From positions 1,216,001 to 1,280,000 of the forward strand of contig CAXXMV010000008.1 of the NCBI GenBank assembly GCA_963662285.2: DNA of 64,000 nt. The letters run 5' to 3'. Source of the DNA: a bacterium. Its GTDB lineage: Bacteria; Hinthialibacterota; Hinthialibacteria; Hinthialibacterales; Hinthialibacteraceae. Of this stretch, positions 8,699-18,579 are shown one piece after another. Under the pieces are notes generated by a model. That model was given only the letters and a program-made list of their open reading frames with translations. It was not told where the DNA came from and searched no databases. The stretch's first letter is position 1, and the number at the start of each line of letters is the position of its first letter. Made by a program: the position numbers and the translations under genes.

Positions 8699-11600
8699 AT
8701 GAATCCTATTATCCACCAACTTACTCGGATATGCAAAGAAAACCTTCTATCTGAAAAATGGCTGATTGTTTCTTCTCTCCGTGTTGGCCATCAGTGGCTG
8801 GATCAAGTTGCCAGGAACGGTCAGCCGGTTGTGAACATGCGACTGCAAACGGTATCCCGCATGGCCTTTGAGTGGATCGAAATGGATTCAGGCGTGGATT
8901 CCGCCAAAATGTTGGCGTCTCTTGCTGGACCGCTGATCCTCCAAAATATTTGGCGAAACGCGGCCAAGGGAGAATTGAAATACCTGAACGATCTTTCCCC
9001 CAATTTGAAACTCTTTCAGAAATTATACGAAACCATCGAATCATTACGCCTGGCCAATCTATCCAGCGGGGAGATATGCAATAACCATTTTGAATGTCAC
9101 GAAAAAGGTGACGATATCGCTTATTTACTGGGCCAATACGAACGATACCTGGAGCGGAACCAGTTATTGGATCGGGCGGAACTCCTCAAAAAAGCGGTAT
9201 TGATGGTATCGTCAAATCGAGACGATACCATCCCCTCCGATTCGATCTTTATCGTCCCGGATACCTTGGAATTATCTCATCTGGAAAATGAGTTTTTGCG
9301 GTATCTTACTCAAAACCAGTGCATAACTTTGCCGAGTGCATCCATCCTCGAACGCACGGAGGAACCGGCGTCCGATCTCGATTTACTTCGGTGGCTTCCC
9401 GCTCCCGTGGAAGCGCCAGCCGCTTTTCAAGATGAAAGCGTCCGCATTTTTTCCGCTTTGGGTGAAATCAATGAAATTCGGGAAGTTCTTCGCCGATGTC
9501 TCGCCGATGAAATCCCCCTGGATACCGTGGAACTGCTGTATACCGATGTACATACCTATCTTCCCCAAATATACGAAACCGGTTTGTCCGTATTGCCTTT
9601 AGACCCGCAAAATTCCATCCCCATCACTTTTGCGGATGGGATTCCCGTTCGCTATTCACGTCCCGGACGCTTATTGCATATCTGGCTGGAATGGCGTCAG
9701 TCCGATTATCCCCAAACGCTCTTGCTCCAAATGCTGGAAGACGGCTTGCTGAATCATCCCCTGTTTGATAACGGGAGCGTTCAGGCCGATTCATGCATAC
9801 AATCCCTGCGCTCGATTGCGATTGGATCGAAACGGGAGCGCTATGAATCCCGAATCCAACAGACGATTCAATCTCTTGAAAGGCAAGTGAAAGACTCGTT
9901 TTCCCCGCACGAGTCGCAGGAAATCGAGGGAACCGAGTATCAGCAAAAACTCAGACAGGAGATTGAGTTATTCAAAATCCTGTACACTATCGTTTCGGAT
10001 TGGTTTTCCATATTACCCCCTCTGCATGCCAATCCACTCGAACAGATCGATTCGATTCACGCGCTGTTAGCGGATTATTCTCACAATTCCACGGAACTCG
10101 ATCGCAATGCCCGGAACCGAATCATGGACGAATTGGAAACCATGGGGAGCTGTATCCAGGAACATGAAGAAAACAATGAAATCGACATCCAGGAGTGGTT
10201 ATCCTCTCTCCCCACTCAACTAAGGGTTCTTGGCAGTTCTCCCCGCGAAGGGCGCCTACATGCCGCTTCTATCACGAATGGTGGGAATAGCGGAAGAACG
10301 GTTACTTTTATAGTCGGCCTGGATGACGCCCGTTTTCCCGGTTCGGTCTTTCAAGATCCGTTTCTGCTGGATCGCGAGCGGGAAACCATGTCTTCCGCCC
10401 TGCCGACTGCATCGACCCATCAGCGGGATACCCTCGATCGGTTTTATCAGCTTCTTGGACGTCTCCAGGGACAATTGACCCTCAGTTATTCGTCTTATGA
10501 TCTCAGCGACGATCGCGAGATGTTTCCCAGCAGCGTTGTTCTCAATGCCTATCGAATCCTGTCCGAAAACCGGGAAGGAGATCCCTCCTCGCTGGCCGAA
10601 TGGCTGTTTCCGCCTGCGTCCTTCTCGCCGTTGGATTCTCGAAAAGCGCTAAATGAATCCGAATTGTGGATGCACCGCATGAACGGGCAAAAGTGCGGCC
10701 ATAATTCCCTGGCAGACGCAATGCGGCGATATCCGCATATCGGCAACGGTTTAACGGCCCAGGCCGCCCGATGCAGCCAGGATTACACGGAATACGATGG
10801 TTGGGTTCCCGAATCGGGCAAGGACCTCGATCCCACCTTACCCCATGGGATTGTGATGTCGGCGTCGAGATTCGAAACCTTGGGCCAATGTCCATTGCGG
10901 TTCTTTTTTGAAAATGGACTCAAACTGCAACCGCTGGACGATATCGGCGTCGATCCCGACCGCTGGTTGGATCCACTACAGTTTGGATCGTTCTTGCATG
11001 AGATGTTTGAAACCTTCATGCAGGAATTGATCGATAAAAAGGAAAAACCAAATTATAAGAATCACTGGCCGCGCTTAAAAAACCTGCTTGGCGAACTGGT
11101 TCAGAAATATCGGGATTACATCCTTCCTCCTAATGAGAGCGCCTTCACTCGCCAGCGCCTGGAATTCGAACAATGCGCCGTTATTTTTCTGAAAGATGAA
11201 GAGACGCTCTGCCAGTCGCACACCCCCGTTTATGTGGAAGCCGCCCTGGGGATTCCTTCTCCGAAATCGTCCAAAACCGTTTCCACGACGCCCCTGCATA
11301 TCCTCTTGCCGGATGGGAAATCCTTTCGGGCGAGGGGGATTATCGATCGCGTCGACCGGATTGGAAACGAAAGTGAACATATGTACGCCATATGGGATTA
11401 CAAAAGCGGCGGTACGTATAAATACGAACAGAACGATCCATTTCGCCAGGGCCGGGTGATTCAGCATTCACTCTATTACGAACTCATGACTCTCTGGTTG
11501 AGAGACTGTGTCTCGCCCCATGCGACGATTAGCCAATTCGGATATTTTTTCCCCAGTGAGAAAGGGAAAGGCGAACGAATCGCCTGGACCGAACCGGAAC

Positions 11601-11815
11601 TCGCTGAAAGAGGAAACATGTTCCAATCGCTCTGCCAGTCGATCGCCCACGGGATATTCGCGCCGACCAACGATGAAAAAGATTGCAACTTCTGCGATTT
11701 TCAACCTATTTGCCAGGACGTTGCCTCGATAACTCGAAGCAGCGATAAAAAACTCCGTAATCCCATGAACGTTTGGCTACAGCCCCTAAAGGAACTCCGT
11801 TGCGATGAACGATAA
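8699..11815 (+). CDS. AddB/RexB-like subunit: inactive helicase-like body plus PD-(D/E)XK nuclease with Fe-S cysteines
   Basis: SASRFETLGQCPLRFF, GIIDRVD..WDYKSG, CNFCDFQPIC; overlaps the addA-like gene. Confidence 0.85.
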   Translation: MNPIIHQLTRICKENLLSEKWLIVSSLRVGHQWLDQVARNGQPVVNMRLQTVSRMAFEWIEMDSGVDSAKMLASLAGPLILQNIWRNAAKGELKYLNDLSPNLKLFQKLYETIESLRLANLSSGEICNNHFECHEKGDDIAYLLGQYERYLERNQLLDRAELLKKAVLMVSSNRDDTIPSDSIFIVPDTLELSHLENEFLRYLTQNQCITLPSASILERTEEPASDLDLLRWLPAPVEAPAAFQDESVRIFSALGEINEIREVLRRCLADEIPLDTVELLYTDVHTYLPQIYETGLSVLPLDPQNSIPITFADGIPVRYSRPGRLLHIWLEWRQSDYPQTLLLQMLEDGLLNHPLFDNGSVQADSCIQSLRSIAIGSKRERYESRIQQTIQSLERQVKDSFSPHESQEIEGTEYQQKLRQEIELFKILYTIVSDWFSILPPLHANPLEQIDSIHALLADYSHNSTELDRNARNRIMDELETMGSCIQEHEENNEIDIQEWLSSLPTQLRVLGSSPREGRLHAASITNGGNSGRTVTFIVGLDDARFPGSVFQDPFLLDRERETMSSALPTASTHQRDTLDRFYQLLGRLQGQLTLSYSSYDLSDDREMFPSSVVLNAYRILSENREGDPSSLAEWLFPPASFSPLDSRKALNESELWMHRMNGQKCGHNSLADAMRRYPHIGNGLTAQAARCSQDYTEYDGWVPESGKDLDPTLPHGIVMSASRFETLGQCPLRFFFENGLKLQPLDDIGVDPDRWLDPLQFGSFLHEMFETFMQELIDKKEKPNYKNHWPRLKNLLGELVQKYRDYILPPNESAFTRQRLEFEQCAVIFLKDEETLCQSHTPVYVEAALGIPSPKSSKTVSTTPLHILLPDGKSFRARGIIDRVDRIGNESEHMYAIWDYKSGGTYKYEQNDPFRQGRVIQHSLYYELMTLWLRDCVSPHATISQFGYFFPSEKGKGERIAWTEPELAERGNMFQSLCQSIAHGIFAPTNDEKDCNFCDFQPICQDVASITRSSDKKLRNPMNVWLQPLKELRCDER

Positions 11816-14800
11816 GATTTCAACTCTGCCCGATTGCCGGGAGCGCGATTCCATTCTGGACGACCTGGATGTCAACATCCTGGTGGAAGCAGCGGCGGGA
11901 ACCGGAAAAACCACCAGCCTGATCGGTCGGATGATGAATTTGATCCGAGAGGGGAAATGCACAGCCGAGGGTATGGCGGCAGTCACCTTCACGCGGAAGG
12001 CCGCCGCCGAAATGCGTTCCAGATTCCAGGTTGAATTGGAGAAAACTCTCCGCTCTGAATCCGGATTGGTTCATCAACGGATATCGGACGCACTCGGACA
12101 AATCGAGCACTGTTTCATCGGAACCATCCATTCCTTCTGTGCGCGCCTTCTTCGCGAACGTCCGGTGGAAGCGGGCGTGGATATCGCCTTCCGGGAGATC
12201 GATGATCTGGAAGATCGACTGATTCGCCGCGAGGCATGGGATGAATGGGTAGCCGGTCTTTATGCCTATGATGATCCCATTTTGACGGAATTGCAGGAAG
12301 CGGGATTGGAAATCGGCGCGCTGGTTTCCACGTATCAGAAAATGGCCGATTATCCCGATATTGATGAGTGGCCCGCTCCCCCAACGCCCATGCCCAACCT
12401 GCAGCCAATCCGCGAGGCTTTGCTCGATTACGCAGCCCATATGGAACAAATGAATCCAACTCTTCCCGACGATCCAGGGAACGACGAAATAATCCCGAAA
12501 TACCGAACGATTCTCCGGTTGGTAAAATACCACAATCTATCCGATCCCGTCTCCTTTATGAAAGTTTTGGAGGAATTCAAAAAGTCCAAGATCATTCAAA
12601 AGCAATGGCCCGGGGGAAAGAATCAGGCTCTTGCGGAGCGCGACCGATGGGACTCGTTTCGGGAAACGTACGTCATTCCCACCCAACAAAAATGGTATGC
12701 CCGCCGGTATGAAATCAGTCTGCGCGCCATTTTGCCTGCCATTAAAAGATACGAAGGAAAGAAAAAGCGGGACGGCGTGCTGAATTTTCAGGATTTGCTG
12801 CTCTTAACCGCTTCGATGCTGAAACGCTGGCCGTCGGTTCGGCGGTATTTTCAACAACGAATATCCCGTCTTCTGGTGGATGAATTTCAGGATACCGATC
12901 CCATCCAAGCCGAAATCATGATGTTGCTGACCTGCGAGGATATCTCGGAGAAGGATTGGAGGCGCTCCCATCCACGAGCCGGTTCCTTGTTTGTCGTGGG
13001 AGACCCGAAGCAATCGATTTACCGGTTTCGCCGGGCCGATATTGTAACCTACAACCAAGTCAAAAAAATCATCCAACAGAATGGCGGAAGGATTCTTCAT
13101 CTATCGTCCAATTTCAGAACCGATCCAACCATTCTCGATTGGGTCAACCAAAAGTTCCAATCTCAATTTCCTGAAACAGAAACACCCTATTCGCCCACCT
13201 ACGTTCCGCTCCAACACGGGAAACCGCAAACCACTCTCCCAGATGAAGAAAAAATAAAAAAATTAACGATTCCTCAGGACAAAACCAATAAGAACGATTG
13301 TTCCCTTTATGAATCCTCGTTCATCGCCCGATGGATTCATGAGGAAATTCAATCGGGCCGGGCCCAGCCGGAAGACTTTATGATCGTTACTTACTTGACC
13401 AAAAATCTGAATCTCTACGCCCGGCAGTTGGAGAAATTTCAGATTCCATGCCAGGTTACCGGAGGCGACGCGCTGAACCAAGTGGAAGAATTGCGATTAC
13501 TGACCCTCTGCCTGACCGCCATCAATCAACCCTGGAATCCCATCGCGCTGGTGGGCGTCTTACGCAACGAACTATTTGGTTTCAGCGATTCCGAACTGTA
13601 TGCGTTCAAGAAACACGGAGGGGAATTCTCATACGGAGATACAATCCCCAGCGGTCTACCAGCTGAGGTTTACTCCAAATACAACGATGCGTTTACACAA
13701 TTGCGTTTATACCGAAGTTGGATCAAAACATTGCCTCCCTCCACAGCCATAGAGAAAATCTGCGATCGTTTGGGATTGTTCGCCTGCGGAAGCGCTTTTC
13801 CTGGCGCCAATCTACGCTGCGGTTGCCTGGCCAAGGCCATAGCCGTGATCCGGTCTTCTCCGGATCGATTTATCTCTATTGGCGATATCGTCGATTTCTT
13901 CCACCAATTGATCCAAAATGAAATCAAGTTGGATGGAATATCCGCCTCGCCGCCCCAAAAGTCCTTCGTGCGCATCATGAACTTGCACAAGGTGAAGGGA
14001 TTGGAAGCGCCGGTCGTGTTTCTGGCCGATCCTTCCGGAAAAACCAACCATGAGGCCGATCTTCATATCGACCGCCTTCAGGACGCCGCCAGGGCTTATT
14101 TGAAGATGGAGCAGGAAAATCCACAGTCCTATCATAGGAAATTACTCGCTCAACCGGCCGATTGGGATCGATACAGCGCGGAAGAACAACAGTTTGGAGA
14201 TGCGGAGAAAATCCGTTTGTTTTATGTGGCCGCCACCCGCTGCAAGCGGCAACTCATCATTACCCAGCGGGAAAAGGGCAACCATCATAATCCCTGGAAT
14301 TTCTTCAATTCCTATCTTGAAAACGTTCCCATTGTGGATTCTCCCGTAACATCGCCCCTATCAAAACTTGATCCAACATCCTGGAAGCAAAGCGATATCG
14401 ATTTGCAGATGGACTCTATAAGGAAGCGCTGGGAGAAAATTATCGTTCCTACCTATTCCGTTAATGCCATCAGCCGAATGGATCGCGATGAGGAATGGGA
14501 GCCTTCCTCCCGCGAGGAGGGAATCCAATGGGGAAACCTGATTCATGCCGTTCTCGAAGCGTTGATTCGAAATCCCGATTCAGCCCTGGAAAAAGTTGTG
14601 GCAAAATCCATTCGAAAACACAATTTGAATCCCGGCTGGCACGACGACGCGATTCGCCAAATTCAGACGGTTCAACAATCCAGCATCTGGCAACGCGCGC
14701 TCCGCTCCCCAAAGCGCTTTGCGGAAGTTCCGATCCGCATACAAGGAGCAAATCCTTTGCAAAACGATAAACCGCTGCTTCTTCGAGGCGCGATCGATCT

Positions 14801-15002
14801 GATCTTCCAGGAAAAAGACGGATGGGTATTGGTCGATTACAAAACCGATGGCTCGGCCCAAAACGACGTAGAACCGCTCGTTGAAAAGTATCGGAGGCAA
14901 ATCCAATCGTACGCCTGGGAATGGGAACGAATCACCGATAATCCAGTTGTGGAAAAGGGGATTTATTTTACGGAGATCGATCGGTTTGTAGAAGTGAATT
15001 GA
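11805..15002 (+). CDS. AddA-like UvrD/SF1 helicase-nuclease
   Basis: AAAGTGKT, TFTRKAA, TIHSFC, VDEFQDTD, VGDPKQSIYRFR, HKVKGLE, YVAATR, GAIDL..VDYKT. Confidence 0.9.
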   Translation: MNDKISTLPDCRERDSILDDLDVNILVEAAAGTGKTTSLIGRMMNLIREGKCTAEGMAAVTFTRKAAAEMRSRFQVELEKTLRSESGLVHQRISDALGQIEHCFIGTIHSFCARLLRERPVEAGVDIAFREIDDLEDRLIRREAWDEWVAGLYAYDDPILTELQEAGLEIGALVSTYQKMADYPDIDEWPAPPTPMPNLQPIREALLDYAAHMEQMNPTLPDDPGNDEIIPKYRTILRLVKYHNLSDPVSFMKVLEEFKKSKIIQKQWPGGKNQALAERDRWDSFRETYVIPTQQKWYARRYEISLRAILPAIKRYEGKKKRDGVLNFQDLLLLTASMLKRWPSVRRYFQQRISRLLVDEFQDTDPIQAEIMMLLTCEDISEKDWRRSHPRAGSLFVVGDPKQSIYRFRRADIVTYNQVKKIIQQNGGRILHLSSNFRTDPTILDWVNQKFQSQFPETETPYSPTYVPLQHGKPQTTLPDEEKIKKLTIPQDKTNKNDCSLYESSFIARWIHEEIQSGRAQPEDFMIVTYLTKNLNLYARQLEKFQIPCQVTGGDALNQVEELRLLTLCLTAINQPWNPIALVGVLRNELFGFSDSELYAFKKHGGEFSYGDTIPSGLPAEVYSKYNDAFTQLRLYRSWIKTLPPSTAIEKICDRLGLFACGSAFPGANLRCGCLAKAIAVIRSSPDRFISIGDIVDFFHQLIQNEIKLDGISASPPQKSFVRIMNLHKVKGLEAPVVFLADPSGKTNHEADLHIDRLQDAARAYLKMEQENPQSYHRKLLAQPADWDRYSAEEQQFGDAEKIRLFYVAATRCKRQLIITQREKGNHHNPWNFFNSYLENVPIVDSPVTSPLSKLDPTSWKQSDIDLQMDSIRKRWEKIIVPTYSVNAISRMDRDEEWEPSSREEGIQWGNLIHAVLEALIRNPDSALEKVVAKSIRKHNLNPGWHDDAIRQIQTVQQSSIWQRALRSPKRFAEVPIRIQGANPLQNDKPLLLRGAIDLIFQEKDGWVLVDYKTDGSAQNDVEPLVEKYRRQIQSYAWEWERITDNPVVEKGIYFTEIDRFVEVN

Positions 15003-15060
15003 AAATAATAAATTCCGAATCCTTGAATAAAACGCGAATACGTGTCAACCATTCACTGCG

Positions 15061-15103
15061 CCCTGCACCCCATACCGCCGTTTTCTCGGTATAACCTGCA
15101 GGG
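15061..15103. terminator. Stem-loop between convergent genes
   Basis: CCCTGCA..ATACCG..CGGTAT..TGCAGGG nested inverted repeat; no clear U-tract. Confidence 0.35.
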
Positions 15104-15107
15104 GGGA

Positions 15108-15311
15108 TCAGTCTCTTTCATGCAAGTTCCGCCTAAAAATCAGATGTTCTACCTTCGCATTGATATCGTGCAAAAGCGTCTTCGCTTCCCGCATATCCTC
15201 TAAGAGGATTTCAATCTCATTCAAACATTCCGGTTTTCTTTGCGTGTTGTGTCTTTTTACCATTTTGGAGTGATGAAAGCACAACTCATATATATACTTT
15301 TCGGTTTTCAT
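15108..15311 (-). CDS. Small hypothetical protein
   Basis: 67 aa ATG ORF filling the gap, divergent from ardC-like. Confidence 0.35.
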   Translation of the reverse strand: MKTEKYIYELCFHHSKMVKRHNTQRKPECLNEIEILLEDMREAKTLLHDINAKVEHLIFRRNLHERD

Positions 15312-15364
15312 CGAAATTCATCCGCCAACTGGTGGATATTGGCCAGTTGGCCGGAGGTTTAAAA

Positions 15365-16219
15365 ATGAACCAAGACCAAGAAAACAAGAGAAATACTCTG
15401 ATCGCAGAGAGCAAAAAAATGATTGATGAGACATTAAACCGGCTGTGTGATCAACTCGACAAAGGGTATTCGAACGCCATGCTTCAATATTTGAAAGTGA
15501 TGTCGTGCTTCTATAAATACTCAACCGGAAACCAACTTTTGATCTATTCCCAAAATCCGAAGGCGTCCAATGTAGCAGGATTCCGTTCCTGGAATAAATT
15601 GAATCGATATGTGAAGAAAGGGCAGAAAGGCATTTGCATTCTTGCTCCCTGTGTCTACCGCAAAAAAGAAAAAAGCAAGAATGATATAAAAGAAAGGGAA
15701 GGCGATAAAGAAAAAAAAGTAGTAGGCTTTAGACCTGTTTACGTTTTTGATGAATCCCAAACCGACGGTGAAGACCTGCCCGAACCGCCTACTGCTATTG
15801 GAAAAGCAGAAAACCTCATTCCTCTTATAGAAAACGTAATTGCTGATAAAAGTATTAAATTGAAATATGAGGAAAATCGTTCAGTGAAAGGAACCTCTTA
15901 TGGAGGAACAATCATTATTAAATCCGGAATGTCGTCAGCCGAGCATTTCTCCGTTTTGGTACATGAATTGGCTCATGAGATGCTTCACCAGAACACTGAA
16001 GGGAAGAAAATAGTTCGATCTACCAAGGAATTAGAGGCTGACGCTGTGGCTTGCGTTGTCTGTGAACATTACGATATTCAAGCGATTCAATCATCCTCGG
16101 ATTACATTAAGAACTGGAATGGTGATCGAAAAACACTTTTCGAACAGTTTGAGCGAATAAGAAAAAGCGCCTCGGATATCATTTCGTGTATGGAAAACTT
16201 ATCCAAATCGCCCAAATAA
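15365..16219 (+). CDS. ArdC-like ssDNA-binding protein with a zincin (HExxH) domain
   Basis: YS..NQLLIYSQNP.A..VAGFRSW..VKKG, VFDESQTDG, VHELAHEMLH, ELEADAVA; GGAGG RBS before ATG 15365. Confidence 0.85.
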   Translation: MNQDQENKRNTLIAESKKMIDETLNRLCDQLDKGYSNAMLQYLKVMSCFYKYSTGNQLLIYSQNPKASNVAGFRSWNKLNRYVKKGQKGICILAPCVYRKKEKSKNDIKEREGDKEKKVVGFRPVYVFDESQTDGEDLPEPPTAIGKAENLIPLIENVIADKSIKLKYEENRSVKGTSYGGTIIIKSGMSSAEHFSVLVHELAHEMLHQNTEGKKIVRSTKELEADAVACVVCEHYDIQAIQSSSDYIKNWNGDRKTLFEQFERIRKSASDIISCMENLSKSPK

Positions 16220-16345
16220 TGCACTTTTTTTTGCAATATCCCAAAAAATCCAAAAAAAATTCATAAAACTCTTTTTATCTTTATATCTAATGGGTTGTAA
16301 CGGCAGCGTGATCAGCGACAAAAAAAACATTTGAGGAGGATTGAT

Positions 16346-17122
16346 ATGTACACTATCAACAATCTAAACAGTCTCATTAGAGCATTCATCTGGGATATGG
16401 AGAGTGTTTTAGCCACTCCAAATTGGAATCGATGTTACGATATGGCCTATGCAGCTCTTGGTCTACCAGCACCCCATGCTGTTGATCCGGAACGCGGCAA
16501 AATCTTCAAGAAAATTCTCTCTGTGGTTATTGATACAGAGAAGACCAAGAATCTAAACACCTACCGTACTGGGGATTGCGAGAAGAATTTCCTGCAAGCC
16601 TACAGCAGCGGACACATTTCAGCTGAGGAATTCTGGCCGATCGCCTGTGAATATGGTTTTGGGCTCAAACCAACACCGGAAAACATCGAGGCAATCCGGA
16701 CTGCCCAGACTTATTTGCTCAGGGATAAAAACAAAAATGTCCAATTTATTCCTGAGGTGGTGGAGGTCATGACAAGTATGGCTAACGTCATGCCCCAGTA
16801 CATTCTTTCCAATACGAACCAGGAAATCTACGACGGTTACAAGGATTCTTCGTTTATGGACGCGATTCAAGAAGAAAATCGTCTTTTTTCTCATCTCATC
16901 GAGTGCCGTAAGCCTTCAGACAAGGCGTTTCACTTTGCGATAGAAAAATCTGGATTTCAACCGCCCGAGCTGCTCTTCATCGATGATAAGTTAGAGAATG
17001 TGGAAGCCGCACGACGCAACGGGATGAAGGCGATTCAATTCAACGGTGTAAAACAACCTATCAGTGATTTGATCACAGCGTTATTGGAATATGGAATCGA
17101 GGTGAACGAATGCGTTTCTTAA
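16346..17122 (+). CDS. HAD-family hydrolase
   Basis: FIWDMESVL, ILSNT, RKPS, LFIDDKLENVEAA motifs I-IV. Confidence 0.8.
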   Translation: MYTINNLNSLIRAFIWDMESVLATPNWNRCYDMAYAALGLPAPHAVDPERGKIFKKILSVVIDTEKTKNLNTYRTGDCEKNFLQAYSSGHISAEEFWPIACEYGFGLKPTPENIEAIRTAQTYLLRDKNKNVQFIPEVVEVMTSMANVMPQYILSNTNQEIYDGYKDSSFMDAIQEENRLFSHLIECRKPSDKAFHFAIEKSGFQPPELLFIDDKLENVEAARRNGMKAIQFNGVKQPISDLITALLEYGIEVNECVS

Positions 17123-17469
17123 ACTCAAACATTCTTCAAACACATGTACGAGAAGATGAGAACCGATCTGTGAAAGTATATGTAGACGAAGCTCTTAGCG
17201 ACGCAGATTGGATTACTATAACCTCATCAAGGAAAGAGAACGAAGGAACGGTTCGTGTACTTGATCATGTTCATCCAAATGCCCTTGAAATCATCGTATT
17301 TCTTCGTTATGGAATGCTGGAAATTGATAGTGTTACGCATGAATTTTCTCCAGGCGAAGCTGTCATGATTGAACCGGGGGAGAAGCATTCAGCCCATAAT
17401 CTCAAAGAACACGATTGCATTTGTATTCTTCTTGGCAAAGGAAAACCACAAAAAAAACCTGTAATTTAG
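17110..17469 (+). CDS. Cupin domain protein
   Basis: HVHPNALE...PGEAVMIEPGEKH cupin motifs; overlaps the HAD gene. Confidence 0.75.
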   Translation: MRFLNSNILQTHVREDENRSVKVYVDEALSDADWITITSSRKENEGTVRVLDHVHPNALEIIVFLRYGMLEIDSVTHEFSPGEAVMIEPGEKHSAHNLKEHDCICILLGKGKPQKKPVI

Positions 17470-17519
17470 TTTTTTATTAAATCTCGCTTTTTGCATGATA
17501 TTTCCTACACATTATGTTG

Positions 17520-17546
17520 CGGCTCTCTTTTTTAATGAGAGAGCCG
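17520..17546 (+). terminator. Probable intrinsic terminator
   Basis: CGGCTCTCT...AGAGAGCCG stem followed by T-rich sequence after the cupin gene. Confidence 0.55.
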
Positions 17547-17825
17547 TAATGTTTTTCTCTTGGAGGGTAAAATCACCAAGCGCCAGTCAGATTTACAAAA
17601 ACCTATGTGTGTAAAAAAAATTTGAAGCCCGCGCAAGAGATTATGTAACACACGAACATTTTGAAATCAATGCGATCCAATCGTTTTTCTATTACACCAA
17701 CACATGAATGGAGATAAAAAAGCGCTCATGGAAAGATTCGAGAAAAATAATACGATGCGCTTCAGCGATTATCTAGGAGATGGAGAAAATACAAAATCAA
17801 TAACCAAGATAGGGATGATATGATA

Positions 17826-18113
17826 TCACGCTTCGATCATCCGGATCTTTATACGGCATAGAATAATCAGATTCTCACCGGTCTCCCCGTCACCTGTTAT
17901 CTGCAAGGTTTCAAAAATCTCGATCGGCTCGATGACCTCTACATTGTCCGATACGGGATACGAATCCTTGATCAAATCGAAAATGTATTGTCTTGATCCC
18001 TGTTTTGCGAATTCGGTCGAGGAGATTTCGATCATTTTTCCGATACAGAAAATATTGTCCTCTTCGGAGAAGGGATAATGAACGTATTCGATCTGTCTTT
18101 CCTCAATATTCAT
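17826..18113 (-). CDS. Acidic hypothetical protein
   Basis: 95 aa ORF coupled to the upstream small gene. Confidence 0.55.
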   Translation of the reverse strand: MNIEERQIEYVHYPFSEEDNIFCIGKMIEISSTEFAKQGSRQYIFDLIKDSYPVSDNVEVIEPIEIFETLQITGDGETGENLIILCRIKIRMIEA

Positions 18114-18122
18114 ATTGTTTTC

Positions 18123-18347
18123 CTAGAACGAAATTGAATCGTCCCTCTGTTGGGGCCGTTCCGCATCCATGGGGATATAGGCGTCACACTCAAACGTATC
18201 CTCATCATCTTGGTCAAGCCGGTTCAAGTTGCACATGGGCTCTTGCGCAGAATCGTCTTTTAGTCGGCATATCACACAGAGCGACGGCATTCTTATAAGA
18301 TCTGGATTGAGACAATCCCCGTTATCATCAAAATATTCAAGTGACAT
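18123..18347 (-). CDS. Small Cys-containing hypothetical protein
   Basis: MSLEYFDDNG..NPDL..PSLCVIC..CNLNRLDQ..FECDAY; RBS before ATG 18347. Confidence 0.6.
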   Translation of the reverse strand: MSLEYFDDNGDCLNPDLIRMPSLCVICRLKDDSAQEPMCNLNRLDQDDEDTFECDAYIPMDAERPQQRDDSISF

Positions 18348-18579
18348 AATTCCTTCTCCCCGTGTTTCAGAAAATCTACTGTTGGATTTAGAATAGACCA
18401 ATCTGCTGATTTTGAAAATCTTTTCGGGAATTGTCGGCTACATGCTCAGTTAAATCCAGGGTCAGATCGAACGTTTCACATATTATAATGATTGCCGAAT
18501 AGGTTTGTCAGATCACGAAAAGACTCATCTGCGCTTTTTATCTGCTGTTTTGTTTTTTTTACGAATCTTTTGTTCAGGT

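Noticed and set aside
8721-14906. Numerous 60-240 aa ORFs inside the addB/addA-like genes (and similar ones inside other long genes)
   Set aside because: Shadow frames of long, motif-rich CDSs
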